This document shows, in pieces, positions 1 through 9,831 of a stretch of DNA of 64,000 bases. Position 1 is the first letter of the stretch, and every line of letters begins with the position of its first letter. The stretch is from a virus (lineage: Duplodnaviria > Caudoviricetes): positions 1-64,000 of IMG/VR virus record IMGVR_UViG_2687453531_000003; one strand, written 5' to 3'. The translations under genes were made by a program, and so were the position numbers. The notes under the pieces were generated by a model. It was not told the DNA's origin. It ran no database searches and saw only the letters and a program-made list of their open reading frames with translations.

Positions 1-1068
1 TTACTTCGTTGGCTCCACGATCTCGCCGACACGACGATAGACGGTCTCGGTGATGCGCTTGTCGGTGTGTCCAAGCAGCCTGGATGCCCGGCCGAGGTCA
101 GCAATTTCAGAGGCTGCCTTCGGGCGGATGTCTCGGAACTGAAACTGACGAATCGCGGTGGCCAGGGTCTCGTCGAGTTCCTCCAGCGCCGCGCCGGCGG
201 CGGCCGACCGTGCTTCGTCAAAGCGAATGCGCAGCATGGAGGATGTCATCCGGCGTCCATCGGGAGTTGTGATCAGATACGGGCCGGCTACGCCGCGCTG
301 CCGCCGCTGCTCGCACAGCCGCGCAACGAGTTTTCCAAGCGCTGTCGGGCTCCCGTCGACATCGAGCATGATGCGCAACTTCTTCGACGTCTTGCCCTGG
401 GCGATCTGCAGGTACCCATCCTGAATGTCCGCCTCACGAATGATCAGTACGTCGCTCGGCCGCTGGGCGGTGAGATAGGCGAGGTCCATGGCATCGCGGA
501 GTTCCGGTGGCGCCGCGCCGTATACCGCGTTCCAGACCTCGGCCCTGGCGTAGAAGTCGCGCGGCGTCTCGCGGTTCTTGCGAACCCCCTTCACCGGGTT
601 TTCAGCCGTGACGATCCCCCACTCCCTGGCGATGTTGAAGATGTGGGAGAAGAGGGATAGCTCCCTGTTGGCCCGAACCTTCGCGGACCGCTTGTCCCGG
701 TACTGTGCCAGCACTTGGGGGGTGAGCGCCTCGACCGGCGCTTCTGAAAACGCCTTTCGCAGTTGCGTCAGCGAGAGGAGGTTGTCCTTTTGGGTGCGTG
801 GCGCTTTCCCGGGGATGATCTCTTTTTCGTACCGGTCGAACACGTCACCCCATTTGCGCAGGGTCTTCGGAGCCGGGCTGGCATCCAGCCTCGCCCACTC
901 CAGCTTTGCCAGGTCCAGGTCGGTACCGAGCGGGATTTCCCTCCTCTTTCCGTCTTCGCCGCGGCCGTCGTAGTAGTAGCCAACCCACAACTTCCCCCCT
1001 TTCAGCTTCCTGGTCCGGCGAATCATCCGGGGCGGGAGGTCCCTGTTCTTCGGCTGCTTCGGCCGCAT
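1..1068 (-). CDS. int: Tyrosine recombinase/integrase
   Basis: 355 aa; catalytic motifs QRPSD, FRDIR, LLGH, C-terminal Y; arm-binding N-terminus. Confidence 0.95.
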   Translation of the reverse strand: MRPKQPKNRDLPPRMIRRTRKLKGGKLWVGYYYDGRGEDGKRREIPLGTDLDLAKLEWARLDASPAPKTLRKWGDVFDRYEKEIIPGKAPRTQKDNLLSLTQLRKAFSEAPVEALTPQVLAQYRDKRSAKVRANRELSLFSHIFNIAREWGIVTAENPVKGVRKNRETPRDFYARAEVWNAVYGAAPPELRDAMDLAYLTAQRPSDVLIIREADIQDGYLQIAQGKTSKKLRIMLDVDGSPTALGKLVARLCEQRRQRGVAGPYLITTPDGRRMTSSMLRIRFDEARSAAAGAALEELDETLATAIRQFQFRDIRPKAASEIADLGRASRLLGHTDKRITETVYRRVGEIVEPTK

Positions 1069-1069
1069 T

Positions 1070-1306
1070 TCAACTCACCTTCGACAGATCCAGCGTCCAC
1101 GGTTCCTGTACAGCAACCGTTCCGTTCGGTTTCACTCCGGCCAGCCGCAGGCGGGCATAGATCCGCCCGACGACAGGTCGCTGCGCAGCATTCAATTCGT
1201 ACTTCCAGCCATGAGATGCCAGCCACTCGACCTGTTTTTTCGATGACTTGGCGCCGATCATGGCTTCCAACTCTTCCTTCGAGAGGAATTCAGACGGGGT
1301 TTCCAT
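1070..1306 (-). CDS. Excisionase-like protein (DUF4224 type)
   Basis: 78 aa METPSEFLSKEEL...; immediately upstream of int; winged-helix-like FLSxEEL start. Confidence 0.75.
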   Translation of the reverse strand: METPSEFLSKEELEAMIGAKSSKKQVEWLASHGWKYELNAAQRPVVGRIYARLRLAGVKPNGTVAVQEPWTLDLSKVS

Positions 1307-1463
1307 GGGTAGGTACCTATCCCGGCCTGACGGCCGGGTCGTGCCGCAGCCCTTTCCGTTGGGACTCGGCATGGATGATTTCAGCGGCTCACCGGTGACC
1401 GGAGCAGGTGGGTATGCGCCCCTGACCCGGGCCGCGGCAGCCAGGTGCAATGGAGATGGGCCG

Positions 1464-1760
1464 CTACTTCACCAGCCTGCACGTTGTCTTAAACAGGCGC
1501 CGGATGTTGCTGATGACCTCCGGCGTCACTCTGTTCGGGCTGTGCAGCGCGTGGGCGATCTCATGAATGAGTCCCGTATCTGTCAGACATGTTCGCGTCG
1601 GCACTTCCTTGAACCAGCATATGAAGCAGCTCAGATGCAGGATCTTCGGCAGTTGCGCGGCGAACTCGTCGTCGGGCAGCCGCAAGACTCGCAAATACTC
1701 CTCGAGGGCTTCTTGGTAGCTGAACGAATAGCGTTTCGAACCACTCATGTAGTGAAACAT
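1464..1760 (-). CDS. Hypothetical phage protein (98 aa)
   Basis: ATG preceded by GGAGGG; overlaps upstream gene in operon. Confidence 0.6.
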   Translation of the reverse strand: MFHYMSGSKRYSFSYQEALEEYLRVLRLPDDEFAAQLPKILHLSCFICWFKEVPTRTCLTDTGLIHEIAHALHSPNRVTPEVISNIRRLFKTTCRLVK

Positions 1761-2089
1761 GGTCCCTCCTGCTCGCTCAGCAGGGCGCGGAGTTCTTTCC
1801 ATGCCTCTTCAGCGCCCGGCGTCTGCGACATGGCGCAGCATGCCCAGCGATCAATGGAGCGCTCCAGGACTTCCCGCGGAACCACCACATGGCCTGCGGG
1901 GACGGCTCTGGTGTTCCAGTCAGCGATGGCGATTTCACGCTGATCTTCTATGTCTGGGACCATCATGGTTTCGCTGTCGAGGAACACGCAATCGGCAGAG
2001 TGATCACCTAAGATCCGGTGCCAGTCGTGGTTGCTCACCAGGCGCATCGAGCATCCGCAGAACGGACACGGTTTCAGTTCTTCAGCCAT
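1745..2089 (-). CDS. Lar-family restriction alleviation protein
   Basis: ELKPCPFCG N-terminus and AIADWNTRA motif typical of the Lar family. Confidence 0.75.
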   Translation of the reverse strand: MAEELKPCPFCGCSMRLVSNHDWHRILGDHSADCVFLDSETMMVPDIEDQREIAIADWNTRAVPAGHVVVPREVLERSIDRWACCAMSQTPGAEEAWKELRALLSEQEGPCFTT

Positions 2090-2621
2090 TGCCGTTCTCC
2101 TTGTCCTGGTTGAGCAGGTCGAGGAGTTCGGTCAACGCTTCTCCGCGATCCATCGTAAATACCTCTTCGTAGTCCGGGTCTGCCGTCAGCCTTCGCAACA
2201 GCCCCTCGCTGACCGTCTTGCCGTTGTGGCGCTTGACCATGACGTTCTTGTGCGAGCTTGTGCCGTCCACTGCCATGCTGGTGATGAAGTAGAGGTTTTT
2301 GCCACGGTTGTAGATGATCTCCTCCTTTGGATCGCCTGGGGCTATGACCAGCACCGCCGGCGCCTCGATCTCTTTTCCGCCAACGGTGAAGCGCAGCAGG
2401 TCGCCGATCTCGACCTGGCCGACTGCGGTAAGCGGCTGCCAATCCTGCACAACCACCACCCTTGCGCGCAGTTTCGCGACTTCCTCCCTGAGCGCCTGGG
2501 CCTCGGCGGCGAGGGCGTCGTAGTCGGAGGCCTTCACCCACGCTCCTCCGGGGTTCTCAATGTGCGCACAGTCATCAACGTGAGCATGGTTCACGTGGTC
2601 GAACCGCTTCACCTCACTCAT
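2082..2621 (-). CDS. Hypothetical early protein (Ea22/ead-like N-terminus)
   Basis: 179 aa; WVKASDYDALAAE + coiled coil; translationally coupled to neighbours. Confidence 0.6.
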   Translation of the reverse strand: MSEVKRFDHVNHAHVDDCAHIENPGGAWVKASDYDALAAEAQALREEVAKLRARVVVVQDWQPLTAVGQVEIGDLLRFTVGGKEIEAPAVLVIAPGDPKEEIIYNRGKNLYFITSMAVDGTSSHKNVMVKRHNGKTVSEGLLRRLTADPDYEEVFTMDRGEALTELLDLLNQDKENGNG

Positions 2622-3765
2622 GACCTACCTCCTTGCTGCCGCTCCGGCGCCTTTCCCATGCTTCGAACTCTTGCCGTGTTGCCACACAGGTTCCATGCGA
2701 GCAGCCATATTCATGGCAAACGGTTTTGTTGCAGACCGAGCGAAAGCCCGTTCCTCCGCAGTAGTCGCAGCCAGCGAACAGCAGCCCTTCGTTGTGCAGT
2801 TCCGTTTCGTCTTCAGGCTGGATGAACCAGTCTTCGTCCGAACCGTCGACATGCGCAACAACCTCCGGCCGCTCCGCCTCTGCCTGCTCAGGCTTCAGTG
2901 CTTCAGCGGGCGCTTCGTTGAACGCTCCAGCATGCGGGGCGAGGTTGAGCGGGTCGAGTTGCTCGCGAAACGCCTGGAGCCGCTCGATGCGCTCCGCCTC
3001 TTGCTCCGGGGTGGCCTTGTACTCATACGCACGTTGCGCGGCTTCAACTACGAGGCGAGATGAAAGCCCGGCGTGGAAGCGAATGGCTCCGACCTGGGCA
3101 GGTTTTTCCAGATTCGGCCAATGGTTGAATGCTCGGCGGGCGAGGGCAATGTCGCATACCGCAGCCGGAACAGGCTGGCCGTCCTCGCCCTCGAGTTCGT
3201 TGGCCAGCCACTCTTCGAAGCTGGCTTCCGATCGAGCCGGCGCCTGGTCCTTGATCTGGTCCAGCAGGTGCCGGCCGCGGCTGGCCAGGCGCGGGACGTT
3301 CTCGAAGACGATCAGCGGCACCGGGTCATCAGCCCATGCCTCGCCCATCAGCCAGATGCAGCGCAGCGTCAACTCGTTCAGCGCCTGGTACTTCGGGGTC
3401 AGGCTCATCTTCTCGGAGAGGAGGCCAGAGGCGCCCTTGCAGGGGGAACTGATGAACACGGCATCCGGCCGGCGCCCGCCGGCGGCGCGGCGGATGTCCT
3501 CCGGGGTCGCCTCCCGCCAACCGGCCGGCGGCTCCTTGCCGTGGAACCGCACGTACTGGTCGCGGGTGAAGAGGTCCAGCAGGGTGCCCGGGACACCGGC
3601 CAGGCGCTCGAAGTCGCGCAATCCGGCCGGGTCCACGTCGATCCCGCCGAGGCAGACCCATTCGGCCTCGACGTTGCCGACCCGCGGACGCGCCCGGTTG
3701 AAGCCTGCGGCGCCGCCGCCGAGGCCGCAGCAGAAGTGGAAGTGGTAGAGGGTGCGCTTTATCAT
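2614..3765 (-). CDS. Chimeric ORF: N-terminal half of a C5-cytosine methyltransferase fused to an unrelated phage protein
   Basis: Motif I (FCCGLGG), IV (SPC), VI (ENV) present; motifs VIII-X absent, sequence switches character after LLDQI (~3250). Confidence 0.75.
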   Translation of the reverse strand: MIKRTLYHFHFCCGLGGGAAGFNRARPRVGNVEAEWVCLGGIDVDPAGLRDFERLAGVPGTLLDLFTRDQYVRFHGKEPPAGWREATPEDIRRAAGGRRPDAVFISSPCKGASGLLSEKMSLTPKYQALNELTLRCIWLMGEAWADDPVPLIVFENVPRLASRGRHLLDQIKDQAPARSEASFEEWLANELEGEDGQPVPAAVCDIALARRAFNHWPNLEKPAQVGAIRFHAGLSSRLVVEAAQRAYEYKATPEQEAERIERLQAFREQLDPLNLAPHAGAFNEAPAEALKPEQAEAERPEVVAHVDGSDEDWFIQPEDETELHNEGLLFAGCDYCGGTGFRSVCNKTVCHEYGCSHGTCVATRQEFEAWERRRSGSKEVGHE

Positions 3766-3792
3766 TTCGAAAATTCCAGAGGAATGAAGGTT

Positions 3793-4476
3793 ATGAGCAG
3801 GCTACTTGCCCTACTAGGTATTGGACTAACAATCGCGTACGCAGTATTTATGTACTTTATATTTGGTAATCCGCTCCCGGCTTTAAAAGAAATGGAGTTG
3901 AATAGTGTTGGTGATTTTTTGGCGGGAGTATTCGGGCCTGTGGCCATACTTTGGTTAATTCTCGGGTTCTTTCAGCAAGGACTTGAGCTTCGTCAAAATA
4001 ATGAAGCGCTAAGACTGCAAGCCGAGGAGCTAAAAAATTCAGTGGAGCAGCAAAAGGAGTTGGTCGAGGTTACTAGGAGTCAGGTTGCGGCCGAATTGGA
4101 CAGCTTAAGGCTCGCAAGGGAGGAGGCACGGCGTGCTATACAGCCGATGTTTGTTGTTGAGCGCGCTGGAGGTTCTCACTACGGTGATAAACATGAATTA
4201 AGTGTTTCGGTTGTGAATATGGGGGCTCCTGTCACTGGAGTGACTTTTCGTTTTAGCGGCGATTTTAAAAATTTTTCCAGCGGCCCTCGGGTCATGGATA
4301 AGGGAGCTGCTTTTACAATAACAATTCAAATTGTTGGGAGTGGGGACGGGCTTAGGGATGAGCTATCTATTGTCTACTTGGATGCTTCTAATGCTGCTGG
4401 CATGGTTAGATACTTGGTTGAAGTGGACACATTTTCCGCCAATCCCGCTTTAAAAGTTAGTCGCCTGGAAGATTAA
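3793..4476 (+). CDS. Low-GC moron membrane protein (2 TM helices + coiled coil + beta-rich C-terminal domain)
   Basis: Antisense to operon, AT-rich, NSVGDFLAGVFGPVAILWLILGFFQQ TM motif; GAGGA RBS. Confidence 0.85.
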   Translation: MSRLLALLGIGLTIAYAVFMYFIFGNPLPALKEMELNSVGDFLAGVFGPVAILWLILGFFQQGLELRQNNEALRLQAEELKNSVEQQKELVEVTRSQVAAELDSLRLAREEARRAIQPMFVVERAGGSHYGDKHELSVSVVNMGAPVTGVTFRFSGDFKNFSSGPRVMDKGAAFTITIQIVGSGDGLRDELSIVYLDASNAAGMVRYLVEVDTFSANPALKVSRLED

Positions 4477-5809
4477 TCGACGACTGACCAGAGTGCTCCT
4501 TGGCGTCGTGGAAGATGTCGAGCTGGGCCGAGCCTTTCGCGGCTTCCTCTGCGGCGGCGGTGACGCGCTCAAGTTCGTGCGCGATGCGCGCCTCGGCGAT
4601 GGCAAGGTAGGGCGGCTCGCGCTCGATGCCGACGAACTCGAACCCTTCGCGTACCGCTGCCTTACCAGTGCTGCCGCTACCCGTGAATGGGTCGAGCACC
4701 TTGCCGCCCGGCGGAGTGACCAGGCGCACCAGGTAGGCCATCAGGTCCGTCGGCTTCACCGTGGGGTGGTTGTTCTGGCTGGTCTTGTCGGTGCCATCTG
4801 ACTGGAAACTGCCAGGGTTCTGGCTCCCGCTAGACCAGTGCAGCGGCTTGCGCTCCATGTGCTCGCAGCCTTCGTTGCGGTCGCGGCGACTGGCCTTGGC
4901 GCAGTAGAAGAAGCGAGCGGCGCTGCCGCCGGCGTCGTGCGGAGAGAAATGGGCATCAGGTGAGCCGGCGAAGGCGCCGTAGCTGTTGCGGGTCTTGTCG
5001 CTGTTGCGGGTTGCCAGCGGCGCGGCCTGCCCGGCATCGGCCGGGAACAGCGCGACCACCTCGGTGCTTCCGTCGTGGATCAGGTTCGCGGGCCAGCGGC
5101 CGGCGGCGTGTGGGTTGGAAACCACGCCAGGGCCGCGCTGCTCATCTGCGTGCCGACGCGGTAACCCGCCAGCGCCGGTATTTGGTGGCATAGGCTCGGA
5201 CGGAATGCGACAAGCGTCGATGTTCAGTGCCCCGGTACCGTGGGCCAGAACGTTTCGTGCAACCGTGCCAATCAGGGGCTTGCGGGCCATGCAGATGGGT
5301 TCGTGCCCCGGCTTGAGTGCGGTCCCCCAGCCTTCGTACTCGCCGGACAGGTTGTGTGATTTCGGGAATCCACTGCCGAACACCCACATGATCTGGTCGC
5401 GGATCTCGAAGCCGGCCATTTCGATACCGACCGCCATATGGTGGTAGGTGCGCGGCGAGGCGAAGGAGAGCAGGTGCCCACCTGGCTTCAGCACGCGCAG
5501 GCACTCGGCCGCCCATTCCAGCGTGAAGGCCTGGAAGGCAAGCATGCCCTTTGGGGTTAGGTCGTATCTCCCAGCTTCCGCAGCGACTGAACGATGGCCG
5601 CCGTTCGGCCCGGCATCCGGTGCATGGCTGGGCATTTCCGCCCGCCGAGCTGCACGCGCCTCGATGTCGGCACCGTCCCAGGCCTTGCCCATGAAGCGGA
5701 TACCGTAGGGCGGGTCAGTCACCACGCTGTCGAAGCTGTTGTCGGGAAATGTTTTGAGCACCTGCAGGCAGTCGCCCAGGTGCAGGGTGTAGGGGAGGTG
5801 ATCAGGCAT
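4457..5809 (-). CDS. Orphan beta-class amino-methyltransferase (m6A/m4C)
   Basis: GDCL, DPPY (motif IV), HPTVKP, DPFTGSGST (motif I). Confidence 0.92.
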   Translation of the reverse strand: MPDHLPYTLHLGDCLQVLKTFPDNSFDSVVTDPPYGIRFMGKAWDGADIEARAARRAEMPSHAPDAGPNGGHRSVAAEAGRYDLTPKGMLAFQAFTLEWAAECLRVLKPGGHLLSFASPRTYHHMAVGIEMAGFEIRDQIMWVFGSGFPKSHNLSGEYEGWGTALKPGHEPICMARKPLIGTVARNVLAHGTGALNIDACRIPSEPMPPNTGAGGLPRRHADEQRGPGVVSNPHAAGRWPANLIHDGSTEVVALFPADAGQAAPLATRNSDKTRNSYGAFAGSPDAHFSPHDAGGSAARFFYCAKASRRDRNEGCEHMERKPLHWSSGSQNPGSFQSDGTDKTSQNNHPTVKPTDLMAYLVRLVTPPGGKVLDPFTGSGSTGKAAVREGFEFVGIEREPPYLAIAEARIAHELERVTAAAEEAAKGSAQLDIFHDAKEHSGQSSINLPGD

Positions 5810-5920
5810 CGTCAGTACTCGGTGAACAGGCACTGGACGCCGCCCTGCCTGACAGGGCGGCCCACGAGGCATGGTTGAATCGCCCACAGGGCGGCGTCCG
5901 GTGCGTGCTTTCTGGGAGAG

Positions 5921-5942
5921 AAAGCGCCCCGGGTGGGGCGCT
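5921..5942 (-). terminator. Possible intrinsic terminator after ATPase gene
   Basis: AGCGCCCC/GGGGCGCT stem followed by TTTCTCT on minus strand. Confidence 0.45.
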
Positions 5943-5952
5943 GTATCGAGGG

Positions 5953-7698
5953 TCAGGCCGCAGCCTGTTGGTGCTGGTCGGCGAGTTGCCCGGCGTCGAT
6001 CCAGACCGCCTGCAGCCAAGTCGGCGTCTTCGCCATCGGTTCCTTGAGCGTGCCGGCAACGATCAGCGTGTCGATCTCGCCGCCGACGGCCAGGCTCTGG
6101 AACAGCTTCATCGCCTGCTGAGTGCGCGCAGGGACGTCCAGCACGTCGAAGCGGTCCAGCAGCGCCAGGCGCAGGCCGGAAATCGTCGCGATGGCCAGGG
6201 CGATGGTCGCGTCGCACCGCCAGCGCTCCGATTCGGAGAGCAGGCCGTACAGCCGGCCGCCGAACGTGACGTCGATGTCGGCGCTGATCTGCACGGGCGA
6301 CCAGCCGGCGGTGCCGGATAGGCGCTGCAGCAGCTCGTTCACCGGCCCGATCGCGTCGGCCAGGATCTCCGCCGGGATGCCCGTGGGGGAAAGGGCATCG
6401 GCCAGGGCGCTCCATGCGCAGACCTCGGAGTGGAAGCCGGCGGCCTGCTTGATGACGTCCTGGCGCTGCGCGGCGGCGTTGAACGCTTCCTGCAGCGATT
6501 GCACCTTGGCCTGCTGCCGGTCACGCGCCTGGCGCAGTTCGTTGATCGCCTGTTCGCCGTTGGCGATCGCCTCGGCGCTGGGCGCCTGGGCGGTTTCGGC
6601 TTCCAGCGCGGCGGCCTGCGCGGCGGCGTCCTCGCTCTCCTTCAGGTCCCGCTGGCTGTTGGCGACGGCCCGCTGAGCGCTGGCAAGATACCCGCGGTAC
6701 TCCTCCAGGCGTTTCGCCGCCTCGGGATCGGCAACCTTCGCCGGTGGCTGGTGCGGGACCAACTGGCCGACCTGCAGGTCCACGGCGCCCTGGCAATGAG
6801 GGCAGGTCAGCGGCTGGTGGGCGGGCTCGCCGCTGGCGGCGGCCTCGGCTGCCATAACCTTCTCCGACCACTCGTCCTGATTGGCCTCGTCGGTGGCCAG
6901 CTTGTTGCGCCGGCGGTCGGCCAGCGCTGCGGTCTCGCGGAGAGCGGCAATGCGGCTGGCCCGCGCCTGGGCGTCGGCGTGGGCGCGCTTGCTGGAGCCC
7001 AGGGTCTGCTGGGCCTCGGCCAGATCGTCCTCGAGCAGCTGCAGGTTCTTACCGGCCTCGGCGACCTGGTCTTCGGTGACCACGGTGGCCAGCAACTCTG
7101 GCGCCCAGTCGACGGCCTTCTCGCTGCCGTAGTTCTCGCCGGTGATCGCCTTCCAGGCGCCTCGCGATTCGCTGGCGTAGGCCTTGGCTTGCTCAACCGC
7201 GGCCGGGAAGCCGGAGCGGAGCAGGGGCTTCACCTTCTCCACCAGAGCCGCGGCGTGGCCCTTGGCGACCAAGCGTTCCGCGATCTGGTTCGGGCTGGTG
7301 CTGGCACCGCTCAGGTCGAACAGCACCCGGCGGCGTTCCTTGGCATCCAGGCTGGCAAACAGGCTGGCGTCGAGCACGTAGGGCAGGAAGGGCGAGTCGG
7401 TGAGGGCAGAGCCCTTGCCGGTGGGGAGCGCCACGCCGCAGACCTGCACCTCGTAGGCCGCGTCCAGCCACTCGACGCGGGCCTCGCCCTTCTTGGCACC
7501 CTCGGTGACCAGCTGCGCCATGTCCTTCTTCAGCGAGACGCGGCGCGGCTGGCCGTTGAAGGCCATGGCAATGGCGTCCAGCAGCGAACTCTTGCCGGCG
7601 CCGTTGTGGCCGGCCACAAGGAGCACCGGCGCAGAAACATCAAGGGCCGCATGACGCAGCCCTTGAAAATTGGTGATTTCGAGTTTCGTGATGCGCAT
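5953..7698 (-). CDS. SbcC/Rad50-like ABC ATPase
   Basis: Walker A GHNGAGKS, coiled coil with CPHC zinc hook, signature LSESE, LLDRFD Walker B. Confidence 0.88.
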   Translation of the reverse strand: MRITKLEITNFQGLRHAALDVSAPVLLVAGHNGAGKSSLLDAIAMAFNGQPRRVSLKKDMAQLVTEGAKKGEARVEWLDAAYEVQVCGVALPTGKGSALTDSPFLPYVLDASLFASLDAKERRRVLFDLSGASTSPNQIAERLVAKGHAAALVEKVKPLLRSGFPAAVEQAKAYASESRGAWKAITGENYGSEKAVDWAPELLATVVTEDQVAEAGKNLQLLEDDLAEAQQTLGSSKRAHADAQARASRIAALRETAALADRRRNKLATDEANQDEWSEKVMAAEAAASGEPAHQPLTCPHCQGAVDLQVGQLVPHQPPAKVADPEAAKRLEEYRGYLASAQRAVANSQRDLKESEDAAAQAAALEAETAQAPSAEAIANGEQAINELRQARDRQQAKVQSLQEAFNAAAQRQDVIKQAAGFHSEVCAWSALADALSPTGIPAEILADAIGPVNELLQRLSGTAGWSPVQISADIDVTFGGRLYGLLSESERWRCDATIALAIATISGLRLALLDRFDVLDVPARTQQAMKLFQSLAVGGEIDTLIVAGTLKEPMAKTPTWLQAVWIDAGQLADQHQQAAA

Positions 7699-7701
7699 GG
7701 C

Positions 7702-8682
7702 TCACTCCAGGGTAATGGGCTCTTCGGCCGGCGCCTTATTGGCAACGGTTACGCGGTAGGTATTGAGCTCCGGCGATTCGCCCTCGGCGTCCAGCGTGAT
7801 CACGCCGTCGTCGAGCAGCTTCAGGGCCACGGCCAGCGACTCGTCGGTGCTCAGCGCGAAGCGGGACTGCAGCCAGCCGGGGGTGATCTGGTCCTTACGC
7901 AGCACCAGGACAGTGATGTCGTCGATGGTGTGGCCGCCGTAGGTTGTGTCGCCGGGCTCGGCGGCGCTGCTCAGCAGGTCTTTTTCCGGTTCCGGCGGCG
8001 ATTGCAGGATCACCTCGCGCTCGCCGTTGGAGTTCGGTGCCGATACAACGCCGGCGGCTTCCAATTCCTCGACGATGCGCGCGGCGCGGTTGTAGCCGAT
8101 TTTCAGGTAGCGCTGGAGTCCGCTGATGCTGACCCCGCGTGTGTCGATGACATGGCTGACCGCTTCGATGTAGAGCGGGTCCTGCGCGCCAGTGCCATCC
8201 GCGTCGCCGCCATCTTCGAGGGCGAGAGAGTTCTGGTCCGGATCGGGCTGGATAGCATCCATGCCCTCCAGGTACTCAGCGGCGTCGGCCACCACCAGCA
8301 TGCAGACCTTGCCGGTGCGGTCGATCAGGTCGTGGCGTAGCGGGTTGAACTGGCTGACCTTGAAGGTCGCCTTGATGCCTTCCTTGATCGCCACGGACTC
8401 CAGAATTCCGTCGATGGCCGGGCGCTCGCCTGCGGAGATCAGCTTGACCGCGTGTTTCACGGTGCGCTCTACGGTGCCGCGCATGCGCTCGATCACGGCG
8501 GCCTGGCGTTGCTCGGACATCTTCTGCCAAACATCCGGTAGGGCGCGGACCTCTTGTAACAGGGCCTGGAGAAGGTCTCGACCGAGAGATTCGGCGGCGA
8601 TGGAGGTGATGTTGCTGGGCAGTTCTTCGGCGAGGTCGTCGACGAGTTCTTCAGCGATGGTTGCGGCGGCTTGGGCTGTCAT
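7702..8682 (-). CDS. FtsK gamma-domain-containing protein (no motor domain)
   Basis: DPLY...[30 protein letters not shown] = FtsK gamma winged helix. Confidence 0.88.
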   Translation of the reverse strand: MTAQAAATIAEELVDDLAEELPSNITSIAAESLGRDLLQALLQEVRALPDVWQKMSEQRQAAVIERMRGTVERTVKHAVKLISAGERPAIDGILESVAIKEGIKATFKVSQFNPLRHDLIDRTGKVCMLVVADAAEYLEGMDAIQPDPDQNSLALEDGGDADGTGAQDPLYIEAVSHVIDTRGVSISGLQRYLKIGYNRAARIVEELEAAGVVSAPNSNGEREVILQSPPEPEKDLLSSAAEPGDTTYGGHTIDDITVLVLRKDQITPGWLQSRFALSTDESLAVALKLLDDGVITLDAEGESPELNTYRVTVANKAPAEEPITLE

Positions 8683-8694
8683 TGGCTGCTGTTC

Positions 8695-8895
8695 CTACTG
8701 GTTGGCGATGCGTTCGAGGGTGGTGTGCTGGGACTCGCTGAGGAACATCCGCGGGCCGTAGCGCTGGAAGTTGGCGCGCAGGTCGGCGGTGAACTCTTCT
8801 TCCCAGGTGGTGGCGGCATTCAGCTCCGCCGCGCCGAGGAGGCTGTTGAACTCCTCGACACGGTCGAACTGCTCTTCAATGGTTCGGCTGGGCAT
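8695..8895 (-). CDS. Hypothetical protein (66 aa)
   Basis: Tightly packed in operon, phage-like codon usage. Confidence 0.7.
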   Translation of the reverse strand: MPSRTIEEQFDRVEEFNSLLGAAELNAATTWEEEFTADLRANFQRYGPRMFLSESQHTTLERIANQ

Positions 8896-8901
8896 GGCCG
8901 G

Positions 8902-9831
8902 TTACTCGAGATTGAGCTCGTCGGTGCCGGTGTCCGGCTGCTGGCCCGGGGCGGGTTCGGTGATTTCGCCCGTCTCGGTGTTCACGCCGTCCGGCATTGG
9001 AGAGGGCTCGTCCCCATCGTCTTCGGCGGCGACAGCCGGCGGCGCCGGCTCTTTGTCTCGGAGATCATCGACATGCACGGTCACGGTTTCACCCTGGATA
9101 TCGGTGTCACGCGGTTCGATGTAGTCATTGACCTCTTCGACGGTCTGCAGCCCCATCAGCAGCTCAGGCGCGTACAGGCGGCCGAGCAGGCTGGCGGCGC
9201 GGTAGCGCAGCATTACCTCCGGCATGGTGAGCCACTTGCTGCCGTTCTTGGTGAGCCAGCCCTCGTCGATCGCCATCTGCATGGAGACGGTCGGGCCGTC
9301 GAGGCGCTCGCCGGTTTCCTTCTCGATCACCCAGGCGGTGCAGGAGCGATGGCGGATCTTTGCCTTGCGCTTTTCCTGGGTCCTGTTGCCATTCTTCCAG
9401 GTCGTCACCTCGTAGCTGACCTCTTCCTCTTTGCCGGGCTCGCTGAGGTCAAAACGCAGCGGGCTGAAGCGGCCGCAACTGTTGATCGAGGCGATGATGA
9501 ACTGACTGGACCAACTCGGACGGCCCTCGATCACGTACAGGTTCTGCATCACCATGAGCGGGTCGGCACCCATACGCTGCGCCATGTTCATCGCCACGAT
9601 GCAGTTCGGCAGGCCGGCGCCGTTCGGGGTGTAGCCGACCACTTTGCCGCGCTCTTTCACTTCGGCGAAGGCGCGGTACTGCACAGGCACCAGGGTGGAC
9701 GCGCTGAGCGCCTTGGCGACGCGCTGGATCTGGTCGAAGCCGGCGCCGGTGAGGAGGGACATCGGCGCATCGTTGGTTGACCTCGCAACGGCGCTGGTCT
9801 TCAACTGCTCCAGTTGGGTGGGTTCGCTCAT
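8902..9831 (-). CDS. RecT/Bet-like single-strand annealing protein
   Basis: MQNLYVIEGRPSWSSQF, W..MPEVMLRYRA motifs, acidic tail with NTETGEI; next to exonuclease. Confidence 0.8.
   Translation of the reverse strand: MSEPTQLEQLKTSAVARSTNDAPMSLLTGAGFDQIQRVAKALSASTLVPVQYRAFAEVKERGKVVGYTPNGAGLPNCIVAMNMAQRMGADPLMVMQNLYVIEGRPSWSSQFIIASINSCGRFSPLRFDLSEPGKEEEVSYEVTTWKNGNRTQEKRKAKIRHRSCTAWVIEKETGERLDGPTVSMQMAIDEGWLTKNGSKWLTMPEVMLRYRAASLLGRLYAPELLMGLQTVEEVNDYIEPRDTDIQGETVTVHVDDLRDKEPAPPAVAAEDDGDEPSPMPDGVNTETGEITEPAPGQQPDTGTDELNLE

Noticed and set aside
3073-3792. N-terminal extensions in the ORF track (3073 start for the membrane gene, 6415 for the MTase, 18109 for cI, 56330 for the primase, 49512 for the 171-aa gene)
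   Set aside because: They overlap real genes or regulatory sites; internal starts with RBS and family-typical N-termini fit better
6430-8340. Long antisense/alternative-frame ORFs (e.g. 6430-8340, 28287-30251, 39771-41123, 24203-25297, 53367-54389)
   Set aside because: Shadow ORFs of high-GC coding strands with no motifs; the opposite frame has clear phage proteins
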